A DNA stretch of 64,000 nt from Tricharina praecox (taxonomy: Eukaryota). This document shows positions 1 to 12,962 of the stretch, piece by piece; the stretch's first letter is position 1, and the number at the start of each line of letters is the position of its first letter. The stretch covers positions 248,001-312,000 of the forward strand of contig NW_026250417.1 of the NCBI RefSeq assembly GCF_024521635.1, written 5' to 3'. The position numbers and the translations under genes were made by a program. Under the pieces are notes generated by a model. The model was given only the letters and a program-made list of their open reading frames with translations, was not told the origin of the DNA and did not search any database.

Positions 1-337
1 GTACCGCTACATGTCAACTACATCCCCATCGTGATCCGCCGGCGCGCAACGCGATATATATATGATCACATCGGTTCCTGTGTCGTAACCGATAACCAAT
101 CGATTCGGCGGTCGGCGGGTACCTGTAGTCTGTAAAATACTATACATATAGGCTGTGCCCAGATTCGCGCATAAATTCCCCACTCCAACTTGCCTGCTCG
201 TCGATACTCTACCGTCCATGTGAGCGGTTTTTTTTCTTTCCTTTTTTCGGTCTTTTTTTTCTTTCGCCCTCCTCTCCTCCATCGCGGAAAAAGAATAAAA
301 GGCACGGACTCGGATCAGATCGGTGATATATAAAGTA

Positions 338-792
338 CCCTGACAAAAAGGATTGGACAAAGCCCGTTTTACACCAAAAATGCCCACTTTCATGCAACCC
401 AAACATACCCTCCACCTGGTCGAAAAAAATCATCTCTTTTACAGAAGCGTTAGAATCACAAGCTGCTTCATCAATAAAAACTTTGACGACTTTCATCACA
501 GATTGGGGCTGTACGACGTTGTATTGTGCAGGAGTTGAAAAGTGACATTACATTTTGTATGGGGCTCCCATACAAAAAGCTACTTAGCAACCATCAATTT
601 TTCCCTCGTCTGGTATTGCTCCACAACAACAATTCAGAACTCCGTGAGGAGTTCCCATATCGTTGTCGGTGTAGTTATAGAGGTCTCCCGATGGTCCCTA
701 ATTTTTTTCGATACGTTGTGATTGTTGTATCGGTGGCTGAAAATGGCCATTTTTGGTGTAAAACGGGCACTGTCCAATCCTTTTTGTCCTAG
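338..792. mobile_element. MITE / non-autonomous TIR DNA transposon (TA TSD)
   Basis: ~50-bp imperfect terminal inverted repeats (CCCTGACAAAAAGGATTGGACAAAGCCCGTTTTACACCAAAAATG... vs ...CATTTTTGGTGTAAAACGGGCACTGTCCAATCCTTTTTGTCCTAG), TA on both sides (336-337, 793-794), AT-rich non-coding interior. Confidence 0.8.
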
Positions 793-3484
793 TACTGTAC
801 CAAGTATCTGGTAGCTAAATGTAGCAACTATTAGTTGCTCTACTCTAGAGTCTAGTGAATGCTCCGCTAGAGTAACGAGCGCGTCTCAGGGATGTGCCCA
901 TCTGTCCGTTCAGTTGCACATCGCCTCACCGCGTAAATAGTAGTTGCCGAGTGAGCTTTCGAGTAGTCGCCGAAGTATAGTATGCTACGTATACATATGA
1001 GGTATGTACCTATATAGCGGTGCAGAATACAGAGGGAGCTGGCAGTGCTGGCGTTGGGGGTGCACGCGTGGGGAGGGACAAGGGAGAGGAGAAAGGATGT
1101 GGTAAGGACTTACTTGCCCGTTGGTTACTTGAGGACTTACTTGAAGCACTTATTAAGTTATTCGCTCGGAGGAGAGTAAACCATTCTCCAAAAAACAATT
1201 CCCTCATCAGGTTAGATACTCTAGGCATTCCATAGTTCCACTCTCACGCTGAATCTGATGCTTCTTGGCACGATGAGTCCGTCCGTCCAATTAAGGCCCG
1301 CCCCGGCCCCCGGGTCCTACTTGGCAGGCTTCTCGAAGCCCAGCCCGACCCGGAGCTTGCTGGAGCTTGAGCTTTGAGCTGGAGCTGGAGCTTGACACCG
1401 GTAGAGCAACTACGGTACGGTAACTACTACGGTACCATCCCTCCTCGCTTCTCTAGCAGGGGGGATGGAAAGACCAGCGTCCGTGGGGTCCGGATCCGTC
1501 GGTTCAATTTCATACAAGTCCCAAGTCCCAACTCCCCGAGTAACTACCGTACGCGGTACACGGTACACGGTACAGACTTGCTCGGTATGACTGCCCTTTT
1601 CCTTTCCTTTCCTTTTCCTCCTCGAATTCCTAAACGTCGAAACGTCGAAACCTGCTCCTCGAGCTCCTTCTCGAGCTCCTAGGTAGCTAGCTAGCTGTCG
1701 TCAGAATCCCGGCTGATGCTTGCTTGCTTGGCCATGGGCTCTACGAAATATCCCCAACAAAACACTCCCCCTAAACTAAGCTCGAAGCTCGAAGGGCTCC
1801 ACTCCACTTCAGCTCATGGTTTTGCCGCAGGTGATACCCGGTAACTACCTTTGTAGAGTAGTTAGAGGTACCTAGAGCACCCAGGTAGACAGGCTGTTAT
1901 GTACTCACAAACATAGGAGTCCCCTGAAACGACGACGGCTGCAATTGTTGAGGGATTCGCCTCGTTCTTCTCGTCACTTGACGTTTGCGAGCCTTAGCCT
2001 TGCCATCACCCTTGGCCTCCCACAGGTCGAGACTCGAGAGCTCGTGGTTGGCAACTGCGGCGATCACCCCGGTTGGCTACGTACCTGAATATGTAGAGTG
2101 CCTGAAGAAAATCCCGTTCCTCCGCCTTCTCGACTCGCGAGTTCTAGAAACGACACCTGATCCCCGTGAGCTCGCAGAAGTTGAAAGAACATCTGTGTCT
2201 TTCCAGGGAGCCACTTGCCACTTGCCCCTTCCCTTCCTTACAACTCGAGCCTATCCACAGTCCAGTCCACAGTCCGTCCGTCCAGCCCACCGATTCGATT
2301 CGATTCGGGAATCCCCGAGGAAACCGAAAACGTGATGCTTATGTACTCCACTAGTCCTCTACTGCCTAGCACTCTATTTCAGCCTATGTTCAGCCTATTT
2401 CAGCCCTCTTTGATTACGAGGTCTCTCCCTTTTTTAGGGGGGGCTTTTCAAGTTTTGGGGGCTTGCACGTGGGACTGTTAGGTTGGGAATTGGGACTGAG
2501 AGGTCGACCCAAACCAAGCCTTGAGATCTGGCCTGCTTTGATTTGACTGGGAGGGAGAGGGAGGGGGGAGGGAGGGAGGTGAGGGGGGGTGTGTCATCCG
2601 TTTTGATATTATTATTATTATTATTATTTTATTTTGGCTGCACAGTGCACATCGCGCACAAGCGTTGGTCGTGATGACTTACCGGTACCGTACCTGGGTG
2701 AGTACGGAGCGGTATGTTCGTAGATACCGAATTGCTGCTCAGATGTTTACAATGTCCCACAGTCCCATAGGTCCATATCGATACTATTTACCGGCCCAAT
2801 AGATGGTCTGTATATAAGAATCACAGCAATTAGTACAAATTCTGGGCGCAAAGCTTCGCCACGGCCCACGAGGAGAGTAGAGTAGTAGGTATGAGTCCTT
2901 AACAGTCATGGACGCTACATTTCCTCTCATAGCCTCGAGTTATGTATCATACCGGTATTCGGTTATGAGGCAGCAATTGGATTGATGATGATATCATAAT
3001 CGTGGGCGGAGCTTTAAGGCATACATTAGATTATACACAGCGCTTTCTGTATGATATTGTACTACCCATACCGTAGTCTACGCCTGATTACCGACACCGC
3101 CTCGGGCCGTTGTTACTCGAAGATTTTCGATCCTCGCCACGGGAGCCGGAGTTAGCTGTCACCCCGAGATTGCAAACTCTGTTGAGGCTCCAAGACATGC
3201 TTTCGATACGAGCAGTGTGTGGTATTAGCATCACTGTTGCTCAAGGCACTGTCGATCACCTGTCACCTGTCGTGGATGCTGCAGTGTGCACACTACGGTA
3301 CATACATGTGTGTACCACCACCGCCGAACGCTTCACATGCAATGGTATATTCATAGTTGCACTTGCGGAAGACTACATAGTACAGATGTCAGACGCAGTC
3401 CCGCGATATATACGATGTTCCGTGTGGACAGCGTAACTAATCTCCGCTTCTCAGTGGCACAGCATGAAGTACGGTACCCGTCGA

Positions 3485-4661
3485 TTACCCGCCAGCCTCC
3501 GGATTGAGCTGCATTGTGTACAGCTCGATCTCACTGGTCTCGAGCTCGTCGTCCTCCTCGCCCAGTGCAACGAGCGCCTGATCCACCTGCACTATTCCGA
3601 ACACTTCCAGCAGGCTGCGGAACCGTTCCTCGCTCTCATGTCTATGCTTATGAGCGACGGTGAGCAGCGCGCGCGGACTCACCCTCAGGAGTGTAGTGAT
3701 GACGTTTACCAGGGCCGGCGCCGCATCGACGTTGTACATGCAGTCGGCCACCAGGATGAGGTCGAAGCGCTGCGCTGCGATGTCCAGCGGGATGGGCAGA
3801 TCCCAGTCGAGCGCGCAGAACGAGATCTCCGTGTGCGACGAGATGTTTTTGGCGCTGATTTCGGACGCCAGTGGTAGATCGCTCAGGACGACGTGGCTGT
3901 TGGGTCGCAGCTGGGAGAGTGCCAGGCCGACTATGCCGCAGCTGGTGGGTGTGAGAACTGACTCATGGTTTGCGGTTGCGTCTCGCCCACTTACCCACTG
4001 CCTAACTCCAGCACGTTGATGCGTTGGCTGCCCTGAAGCAGCGTGTCGAGTGCACCCAGCTGCGGGCCGTCAGGCTTGCGCGTACTCGACAGCACTCGGG
4101 CCATGTGAGCAACCAAAGCCACGCCGGCGTCCCTGGGATTCCGTCAACAAGACGTCTATAGTAGGGCTGCAGGTATATCGGGCATATGGGCTCCGAATGT
4201 ATGTACCAGATATGCAGGGCAATGCTGTTCTTTGTCTCCTCCCACACGCTCAGATGCATCTTTCTTCCAATGTTCAATCTCCGTTCCACCAGTTCCCGCT
4301 CCCCAACCTCGCCGGCCTTAAGGACGAACGGCGAGCTCCAGACGGACATGATATTGATTCCGGACCCCAGAAGCGGATCCACCGTGGCGCTGTCACTCGT
4401 GGAAACCTGGAGCACAACAGGCTCGCCCCTCGCCGCGCCAGCTCGCACCGGAATCTCAACCTTGAGCGACCGCATGCCAGCCTTCCAGGTAAACTCCTTC
4501 CTTGCGATTGCGGCCCCACCGCCGTCCTTGTAACGCACCGTGCCAATAACGACGCTGTCCCGGTGCATGAACGACTCGCCCAGATCCGAGGTGATCGTTA
4601 TAAGCGCGGATATCGTGTTCCCGCTGAAGCGGGGCGCCTTGAGGAACCGGATGTATTGCAT
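3485..4661 (-). CDS. Putative protein-lysine methyltransferase (Methyltransf_16 / METTL21-EFM family), spliced
   Basis: MQYIRFLKAP N-terminus; after splicing SIALHIW|DAGVAL, LELGSG|CGIVGLA (SAM motif I) and ADCMYN...AHKHRH; two GT-AG introns near 4140-4206 and 3940-3995. Confidence 0.85.
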
Positions 4662-4869
4662 TGTGCGACCGCGGTGTGATGCTGTGGTCCTGGCTCAGTT
4701 GTTGTCTGTGGTCAATGTAACGTTGCTGCTGCTGTTGCTGACGAGTAGTTGGGCGGAGAATGGAAGGGCTGCATTGTTGAATTCCTGCCAAGACAACTCA
4801 CCTGCGACAAGGAAATGTGTGTCCGGCACCTTGTCGCGTCACCCCCGAACTCACAATCACCCCGAACAC

Positions 4870-4925
4870 CACCACCACCACCACCACCACCACCAGCACC
4901 AGCACCAGCACCAGCACCAGCACCA
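4870..4925 (+). repeat. (CAC)n/(CAGCAC)n microsatellite in the divergent promoter/5'UTR
   Basis: Direct reading; it produces the spurious poly-H/HQ and poly-P ORFs. Confidence 0.9.
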
Positions 4926-4989
4926 ACATCCCACACACGACACCCCCGCCCAACCACGCACCCGTCGCCACCTATCCACCACCACGACC

Positions 4990-5793
4990 ATGACCGTCAC
5001 CCCCGCCAACATCGAAGACCCCACGCTGCAGCAATGCCTAGAAATAGCCGAGCGGACGCGGCAGCTGTGCCACCGGATCGTCACGACGTTCGAGAGCAGC
5101 AATACCAGCGGCGACCCAGATGCGCAGCAGAACCTGATCGAGCGGTCGCGCGGGCTGAAGCAGCTGAACGCGCTGCTGCAGCAGCTAAAGTGTCTGCACC
5201 GGACGGCGGTGATGTCCGCGCGCGACGCGAAGGACGTCACGCGCGACGCCCGCCAGGAGGTCGATCGCCTACATCTACAGCTGCAGAATCTGTACTATGA
5301 GCAGAGGCATCTGAGGGGCGAGATTACCGCGTGCATCGATTTCCCGTTCGTCTCCCAACCATCTCCCAAACCCCAACCCCAACCCCAACCACCGTGCGAT
5401 TGTTACTATGGCTGATGGCTAATGTTTGTGTGGGTGTGGACAGACACAAGTACACCTCCCTCCCCCTGATCTCGGAAGAAGAGTTCCTCGCCGCACACCC
5501 GGAACATGCCGAGATGGATGCGCACAACCTGATGATTGCGCGCATACGGAACGAAAAGGTGGTGCGCGAGGATCTCGAGAAGCAGCGCAAGGAGCTACTA
5601 GCTACCAAACAGCAGCTCATCAACGAGAACAAGAAGCGCAAGGACGATCTGGCGAATCTGGATGAGCAGTTGAAGAGATTCAGTAAGTGGTGCCCGGAGA
5701 GGTGTGTGTCGGAGGAAAACTAGCGTGCTAATACGGTGTGCACCAGTCGAATCCTCGAGGCCCATACAAACTACCTTCCAGAAAGACTACTAG
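4990..5793 (+). CDS. THOC5: THO complex subunit 5 (FmiP/Thoc5 family), 3 exons
   Basis: ARQEVDRLHLQLQNLYYEQRHLRGEITAC...F, then YTSLPLISEEEF...HNLMIARI; introns ~5346-5443 and ~5683-5746; last exon IESSRPIQTTFQKDY*. Confidence 0.85.
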
Positions 5794-5979
5794 ATCTGGA
5801 TGGTGTCTGGGAATTGAGGCCGGCGGTGGAATTGGCGGGGTGGAATGTGCCGACATATTCCTCATATCATAATGTTACGATTGCATACGATCAGCAAAAC
5901 GAAGCAAGGCTTCGACTACCTACCCACACCGGTCAGGCCGCGGAGCATGACACACATATACGTATTCTATACTTACTTA

Positions 5980-7020
5980 GAGCCTGTTCGGTACCGCACC
6001 GTATCTGGTAGCTACCACACAAATTTGAGCTTACGTCGGTTCAAAAATACGCTGAGCGTTCGGCGCAACGTCTTTTAGAAAATACGATCGTTCAAACTCA
6101 GCCACATCGTATTTCTTGCGTATTTCTCTGAGCCTCCACCAAAAAATAGACGATGCTGGCATCCGTCACCAAATCCCCCCGAACCCGTACGACAACATCC
6201 ACGATGTCCGCCGGTCCCAGTCTCCTCACCCCAGAAAATATCAATCACGGCTACCTCCAACCGACGCGGTATATGTCAGTGAAAGAGCAGCTTGCGATAT
6301 TTCTCAAAATCGTCGGCGAGAACGCCTCCAACCGTATGGCACAAGAACCGTTTCAACGAAGCGGCGACACGATCAGCCGTACCTTTAACAACGTTCTCGA
6401 CGCGATGATAGAACTTTACACTGTAATTGAGTAGGCGAACACACTGTGGACTGGGCACTGCTGTGGGCTGTAGAATAGTTACTCTATATACAAGCTGCCC
6501 ACTGCCTGCTATCTTCTCCCGTTGTCTATCTCCCATTTCCGACCCCCTATCTCCTCCTATTGCTATCCCTTAATGTCCGTCACCTGTACGGTATCTCTGT
6601 CTCTGCCTCAACATTTTCACCCACCAGGACGCGATGCAGTAGAGGACAGACTTGGGAAGAGGAGAAGGACTCGAGAAAGTAGTTGAGTAGGGGCGGTGGT
6701 GTAGTTCTGTCGTGTCGCTGTGTTGCTGTGTTGCTCTGTCGCCGCGTCGCTGTGTTGCTGTTGCTGTGTTGCTCTGTCGCCGCGTCGCTGTGTCTGTCTA
6801 TCCATGTTGCGCGCCCTCTTACTGACTGTTTCAACTTTCACCTTGGCTGGAAGTAGTATAGTACAGTGTGGCGAAGAGAGGTTGTCGAGTGTAAGCTACG
6901 GAGAAGGTGGTGTTGCCGAACAGATATTTGAGATGTCTAGGCGCCAAGTCATTACGCACTAGTGGACCGTATTTCTGAGCTTACGTCGGTTCACAGATAC
7001 GGTGCGTACCGAACAGGCTC
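5980..7020 (+). mobile_element. Non-autonomous PIF/Harbinger element with a transposase fragment
   Basis: TIRs GAGCCTGTTCGGTAC(C)GCACCGTATCTG at both ends; TTA TSD (5977-5979, 7021-7023); internal ORF 6153-6434 SVKEQLAIFLKIVGENASNRMAQEPFQRSGDTISRTF resembles the HTH region of Harbinger transposases. Confidence 0.9.
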
Positions 7021-7882
7021 TTACATACATGTCCCCTTTGTTGGAAGTGGGAGCTGGTGGATGGTTGGGTCATACATACCGTACCTTCCGTACTCAGCAA
7101 GCTCCCGGTGGCGCACCTAGAGACACCTCGCTTTCCTTCTTTTCCTTCGTGCCATGCGTTCCACGTTTGTCAAGTACCGTGCCACCGCCTGAATGTGATA
7201 CGCCTTAAACAACCGGCATGTACTCTACATAGCATAGGGTTCTCGCCTCGTAAAAATGCGAGTATGTATGATGTAAGACGTCTGTCCCATCCCTTTCGTG
7301 TATGTGGGCATCAACTCGGCTGCAGCCATCACATCAAGTTGCGCATCGACACCGAAGGTCCGAAACGGCTTCTGGAAGCATCTTGCATGGTAGGTAACTG
7401 GTTACACTACCCAAGTACCGTACTGTCCATACTCTACCTATGCCCCCAAGCATGGATACGCTGCCGGGATTTGCACACCCAATCCTTCTCAAAGGACCCC
7501 CATCCGCTATCTCTGGGCCCCGGGCTGTTAAAGACATGCCTAACCCAACCTCGAATCCGAGCTCAGTCTCGAGCTCGAGCGCGCAGGTTTCAGAAGCTTC
7601 TCGAAGGAGGCCGAAACTGGGTAGAGTAGGAAGTATGCGTGGAAGTTCCATGCAGCCAGCCACCGCCACCACCACCACCACCACCACCACCACCACCACT
7701 ACCGGCGGCAAAAGGTACTGTGCATATCGCCACCGCCGTGGCAAGCAATGGCAAGCCACGGACACGGAAGATTATTCCCCAACGGTGGAGATGGGAGATG
7801 GGAGATGGTTGCTGCTCTAACCGGAGGAATTACCTTCACGGGACCGTTCCACGGGGGGTGGGGGAGTGGGGCTTGGATGTTG

Positions 7883-7941
7883 GAACAAAGGAACAAAGGA
7901 ACAAAGGAACAAAGGAACAAAGGAACAAAGGAACAAAGGAA
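7883..7941 (+). repeat. (GGAACAAA)n 8-bp tandem repeat
   Basis: About 7 units, read directly. Confidence 0.9.
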
Positions 7942-8334
7942 AACGTGAGCTGAGATGAGCGGAGTACGGTACGGCGTGGAGTTCCGCCGTCGCCGCCGCT
8001 GCGAGAGCTCGGTGCTGCGCTGGCGATTCCATGGGGTAGATTCATATGTAGAGCGACGGTGAATCGGAATGCCATGGTAGAGTATCGTTCGGGGGCGAAG
8101 GAGGAGAGAGTACGATACATACGATTCCAGCACCACAAACTCGCTTGTCGCCTCCGTCATCCCATCACCCACCACCTTTCGTCCCGACCCACCCGGATCT
8201 GGAGTATCCCTCTCTCCGGTCCACGGTTCACCCCATCCCATCCCCATCTCCACCTCATTCATCCCATCCCTTTCATGGGTCCCGCGACCTCGGCATGTTT
8301 CAGTCTCTGTCTCGTCCACGACCTTTGTGTCTCT

Positions 8335-8385
8335 CTCTGCCTCTGCCTCTGCCTCTGCCTCTGCCTCTGCCTCTGCCTCTGCCTG
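8335..8385 (+). repeat. (CTCTGC)n microsatellite
   Basis: About 8 units, read directly. Confidence 0.9.
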
Positions 8386-10874
8386 TTTCTCTCTGTCTCT
8401 CTCTCGATCCATGCGAAGCTGGAGAGGAGATTGGGTGCTGATTTTTCAATTTTTTCTTCCACCTCCTCGGAGGAGGAGGAGTCACTCGGTCGGACCTCCT
8501 GGCCCTGTTCCTGGCCCTGTCCCTTCGGACGGACTGGGTGTTGCGGCGGCGGCGGAAGCGGATGCGTGTGTGAGTGGCGCCGAACCGAAGTCGTGGGCGC
8601 TGGGATTTGACACTGCTAGCGTGAATGCTCCTGCTGCTGGTGGTGTTCCTGCGTCCGCCTGTCTGGGAGGGGAGGTTGGTTGGTTGGTTGGGTTGGTTGG
8701 GTGGTAGAAATCCCGCGGGTGCGCACCCAGGCTACTAGTACCTGTGCATAAGGGGATTGTTGGTGGCCGGGTCAGGCACCGGGTCAGGTACCGGGAAGGG
8801 GGAGGATACATGTGTATGTAGGCTCGTGCACCGTCAGACGGGCGTTCCGAGCTCGTCGTCGACTCGTCGCTCGTCGCTCATCGCCCGGACATCGAATCAC
8901 CGGTCCGGTCTGGTCGCTGCCTCCCCTCCAGCCTCCCCGGCTCCCATCCCAGGCTCCCAGCTACCGGAAGAAGTCCGGTACATACGTCGGTTAAATTGCG
9001 ATCGATTGACACCTACATACCTACTCTGCATACATACGGTACCTACTTCGATGCCCTACTCTACTCTATTGTACATGCTGGTCACTGGTGTGCATGGAGG
9101 TGGATCGTGGTAAGCAAGCGGTACACATGCCTGGTAGTTGAGTCGGCCCCCATGCTGTAGCCTGTACGTGCACGTAGTGAATCGAAAGTGTGGCTTTGAC
9201 CGGGGCCCGCATGGCCCACATGGCCTGCCGCCGTCTCCGTCCGACGTGTCCGGCGTGTCCGGCGGTGGGTTGCGGAGAGTCGCGGCCTCGGGGAGCCGCA
9301 GGCCCGCAGCGGAAGCGGCAGTTAACTTAGCGTCTGGAATACCCTGTGGGACAGGAGGAGGATGAAGAGGAGGAGTGATGCCGAGGAGTGAGGCCGAGCA
9401 GTGACGTGGGTTCTAGTTGAGACCGCCACATCGTTGTTGAGCGAGTGATGGCCAGTGCAAACTCTCGTCTCGATTGGAGACTGTGACTGGGCTGGGCTGG
9501 GCTGGGAGCGAGGCGGACCTGCTCCGTACTATTTAGAGTAGAGTAGAGCCCCTCAGGCTCGCGTAGAACATTCACAACTACAATAATGGTGTCTATAGTC
9601 GTGTTACAGTGACGGCATTCGGTGGTGACGAATAAAGATGCAAGAGAGAGATGGGAGCCTGGATGGAAGAAGGTAGCGTTCTGGAATCGGGGGCTTGCGG
9701 TTGGACAGTGGTACTGGTACACTAATGGTTTTTCGGTAGTTATTAGAACACGCGATTTACAGCAGCTTCCCGCACAGGGGGGAGGGGAGGGGGGCAAAAT
9801 GTTGGAAGATTAAGGGACTTTGCTCGACCAACCGAACAGGTATGTCCATTTCACGAACGCACGGCGTAAGGCCTGTGAGGAGTCCGAGTGATGTGCGGAA
9901 GGAGACCACCGACCACCGGTTCAGTTCAGTCCTCGGGATTTCCAAATCAGCCACAGGGTGGGGTGGTAAAGTTTCTCGGGGGTGTTTTTCGGAGCTGTCT
10001 TTCCCGTAACATGAAGTTGAATTCTATCTACTCTTTTTATTTGTTTAAGCATCATTGCATTCGACCTTGGTAGGGTAGATCATTGGATTTTATGGTACTC
10101 TGAGCGTTGCACGTTCCGTCACTCGACATACGAATCGCAGGCTAGGATGATATTTCATGATCGGCTGTACCTACTGTGTCTATGGTTGGTGCGGATAATG
10201 AGCGTGGTCATGGCAGGTAGCGGAGTAGGCGGATAGCGTGCGTGATGGGGGGGGGGGTTGTTTGTTCGGTAGGCAGACAATGAGCGTGGTGGGGTGTTTT
10301 GTTTGGTAGGCAGCGGCGCAGCATCGAGCCGAGGCGATAGAGCTTTCTCTCTACCCCGCGGAGCTGGCAGGAAAGGTCGGGAAGTTGGTGGTCGACATAA
10401 TCTAGTAAAGGCCGCATGCGACAATAAATTGATGTCCTCTCTCTGATAGGCTGTACGTCGTCACGGTCGTCTTTCTACCGTTCAGCCTCTGCTCTGCCTG
10501 AAGGGTAAATGAAGTCTCTCTGGCGGAGAGAGATCTGGAAACTGAGTAGCCCTGTAGGACTTCCGGAATCGCAAGACTGTTATTGGTGACGATGCCAGCG
10601 GCGTTCGACCCCCTGAGTGGGTCTTTGCCGTGAGCTATGGTACATATGATGGCTACAAAATCTCATCGCTGCCCCGATAAATCACACGACAGCTAACAAG
10701 GATGAATGCAAGCTATGAAGTTGGGGACCATGAATATTCCTCCCCACTGCGATGTCTTGGGTTTACTCACAGTATGTACAACCCATACACCACGCCACAC
10801 TCCTTCATACCATCATCCTTCGCCACCTTGGCCTCACTGAGCACCCAAGTAACCGACGAAAAACCAGAAGCAAA

Positions 10875-11000
10875 CAAAAATTGCGATGCCGAAAGACCCT
10901 AAGATCATTCGCAGGGACTCGATTCTCGCAGTGCAATGAGAACCTTATCTCTGGAGCTTTGCTGATGGTTGAGCCAGCGAAGTCGCATCAAAGTAAGTAT
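10875..11000 (-). ncRNA. U1: U1 snRNA-like copy 1 (subtype B; 5' arm variant AUACUUACUUUG)
   Basis: 5' arm, AUUGCAC loop and AAUUUUUG Sm site; upstream TATAA; coordinates run from +1 to the Sm site. Confidence 0.8.
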
Positions 11001-11193
11001 GAAGAAGAAAAGAAAAGAGGAGGAAGAAGGCGCGGGGACGGGGTATTATAGTTGTTCCAGTGGGGTCGATTTTGGCCGACGGGAAGTAGCTAGCTAGGGT
11101 TTTGACCGAGTGACACGCAGTGTAGCCAAGCTAGTCAGCAGAAAACACCTTTAAAACTCCCCTTCCCCCGCCCATCATTTCCTTTTCTTCTTC

Positions 11194-11320
11194 ATACTTA
11201 CCTTGATGCGACTTTTCTGGCTCAAACAGCAGCAAAGCTCCAGAGACACCCCCTCATTGCACAGCGAGGGTAGCGTGTCTCCGCAAAAGGTCTTCGGGCC
11301 TTTCGGCGTCGCAATTTTTG
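11194..11320 (+). ncRNA. U1: U1 snRNA-like copy 2 (subtype A)
   Basis: ATACTTACCTTGATGCG...CCCTCATTGCACAGCGAGGG...GTCTTCGGGC...GCGTCGCAATTTTTG; TATA degenerate (TTTAAAA). Confidence 0.85.
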
Positions 11321-12836
11321 ATTTCTTCCTCTGCTTTGATGAGATGAAGGTGTTTTCGTTGATGGTGCTGGGCCCTCTCTCCTTAGGAGGCCGAGACGTC
11401 AAAGAAAACATGTTACATCGGTGGGGACTCCCTCTTGCCCCCAAGACAGCCTACGGGTCACGGCAATATTGCTGTCTTTCATGCTTTTTTTCTGTTTCAT
11501 CATTAAGTGCGTGCGACCTTATCTAGTCATGGCAAAGATTATGATGTACACACGCCGTTTCCTTATCCATTTTCCAACCCGACCTCGAACAGTCCGCAGC
11601 AGCCCGTGATGGCTCCTTCGCCTAGGCACCCGGAATACAAAGGAAAAAACAAAAGCTCGGACAAATTCCCCTTCCTCTCCGACCATCCTGTCTCGTCCGG
11701 AGAGGCCATAAGGGGGCGGCATTGAGTCGAACAGAAGCTGAGGCCCCCCCTCCACCACCATATCCCCATCCCTTTCCAGGCTGACAGCGTCTCGCGCTGT
11801 CATCTCCTCTAGCTATTCCTCGTGTTCCCTTTGTGCCCACTCGACAGGGCACCTCACTACTCTACTTTATCATCTTGGTAAGACAGTTGGAAGAGGCAGT
11901 GGTTCGTCAGACCTACTTACCAATACACTTCGGTACTTGGGGAGTATAAATAGAAAACAGAAGCAGGTTTTGATTGCGACCTTTACTTCGTGTGATATCC
12001 CATAGTATTGAGCGCTGAGTGAGCGCGGTGTTGGACCCGACGTGACCAAACGACTTGCTCCCTTATTCACTAGGAAGCCGGTTGCCATTCTGTCTCATTG
12101 CTCAGGGGGCAGTATTGAAAACTGTCGGATACATTCTATCTACAAGCTGCTTTTTTTTTGTTTCATCATCGTAGCATTCGACCTTATCAGATCATGGCTG
12201 TATACACTCCGGTTCCACCCCACTGTCTCCGACCGGCGACCGCTGGCCGCGAGCTCGATGTGGGTTCCCTATTGCTCTACGCCCAGCCCATCCGTAGATA
12301 GAAAGAGAGACAGAAAGTAAGAATATCTATAAGACGCCGTTCACTTATATTCCATCACTCGTCATACGGATTGCAGACGATGATGATATTTCATGATCAG
12401 CTGTCGTCACGGTTGTCTTTCCTGCTTTCGCTCAGCCTCCCTGTCTCTACCTGGTCTGCCTGAATGTTGAATGAGGTCTCTCCGGCGTAGGGAGGTTTGG
12501 AAACTCATTAGCAGCCTGCGGAACTTCGGGAATGGCAAGACGGTTGTTCAAGGTGACGATGCTAGCAGGGGGTTCTACACTCGAGTGGGTCCTTACTGTG
12601 AGTTGCATACAGTATGATGGCTATAAAATCACATCGGCTGCCCGGATATGACAGCTGACAGAGACGGGTGCAAGCCATGAAGCTGGGGAGCTTGAATATT
12701 CCTCCCCACTGCGATGTCTTGGGTTTACTCACAGTATGTACAACCCATACACCACGCCACACTCCTTCATACCATCATCCTTCGCCACCTCGGCCTCAAC
12801 TAGCGCCCAAGTAACCGACGGAAAACCAGAAGCAAA

Positions 12837-12962
12837 CAAAAATTGCGATGCCGAAAGACCCTAAGATCATTCGCAGGGACTCGATTCTCGCAGTGCAATG
12901 AGAACCTTATCCCTGGAGCATTACTGCATGTTGAGCCAGCAAAGTCACATCAAGGTAAGTAT
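12837..12962 (-). ncRNA. U1: U1 snRNA-like copy 3 (subtype B)
   Basis: All U1 motifs present; stem I has some mismatches; TATAAAA upstream. Confidence 0.8.

Noticed and set aside
8259-8811. Possible small spliced gene on the minus strand
   Set aside because: The frame is largely built from microsatellite, there is no recognisable domain and the splice sites are unconvincing
11175-11526. Family of similar short ORFs (MMRLCWLKQQQSSRDTPSLHSEG...) recurring at 11.2, 13.8, 46, 49.8, 52, 56 and 57 kb
   Set aside because: They are translations of the U1-like repeat. Starts are non-ATG, stops and frames vary between copies, and conservation follows RNA pairing and not codons.
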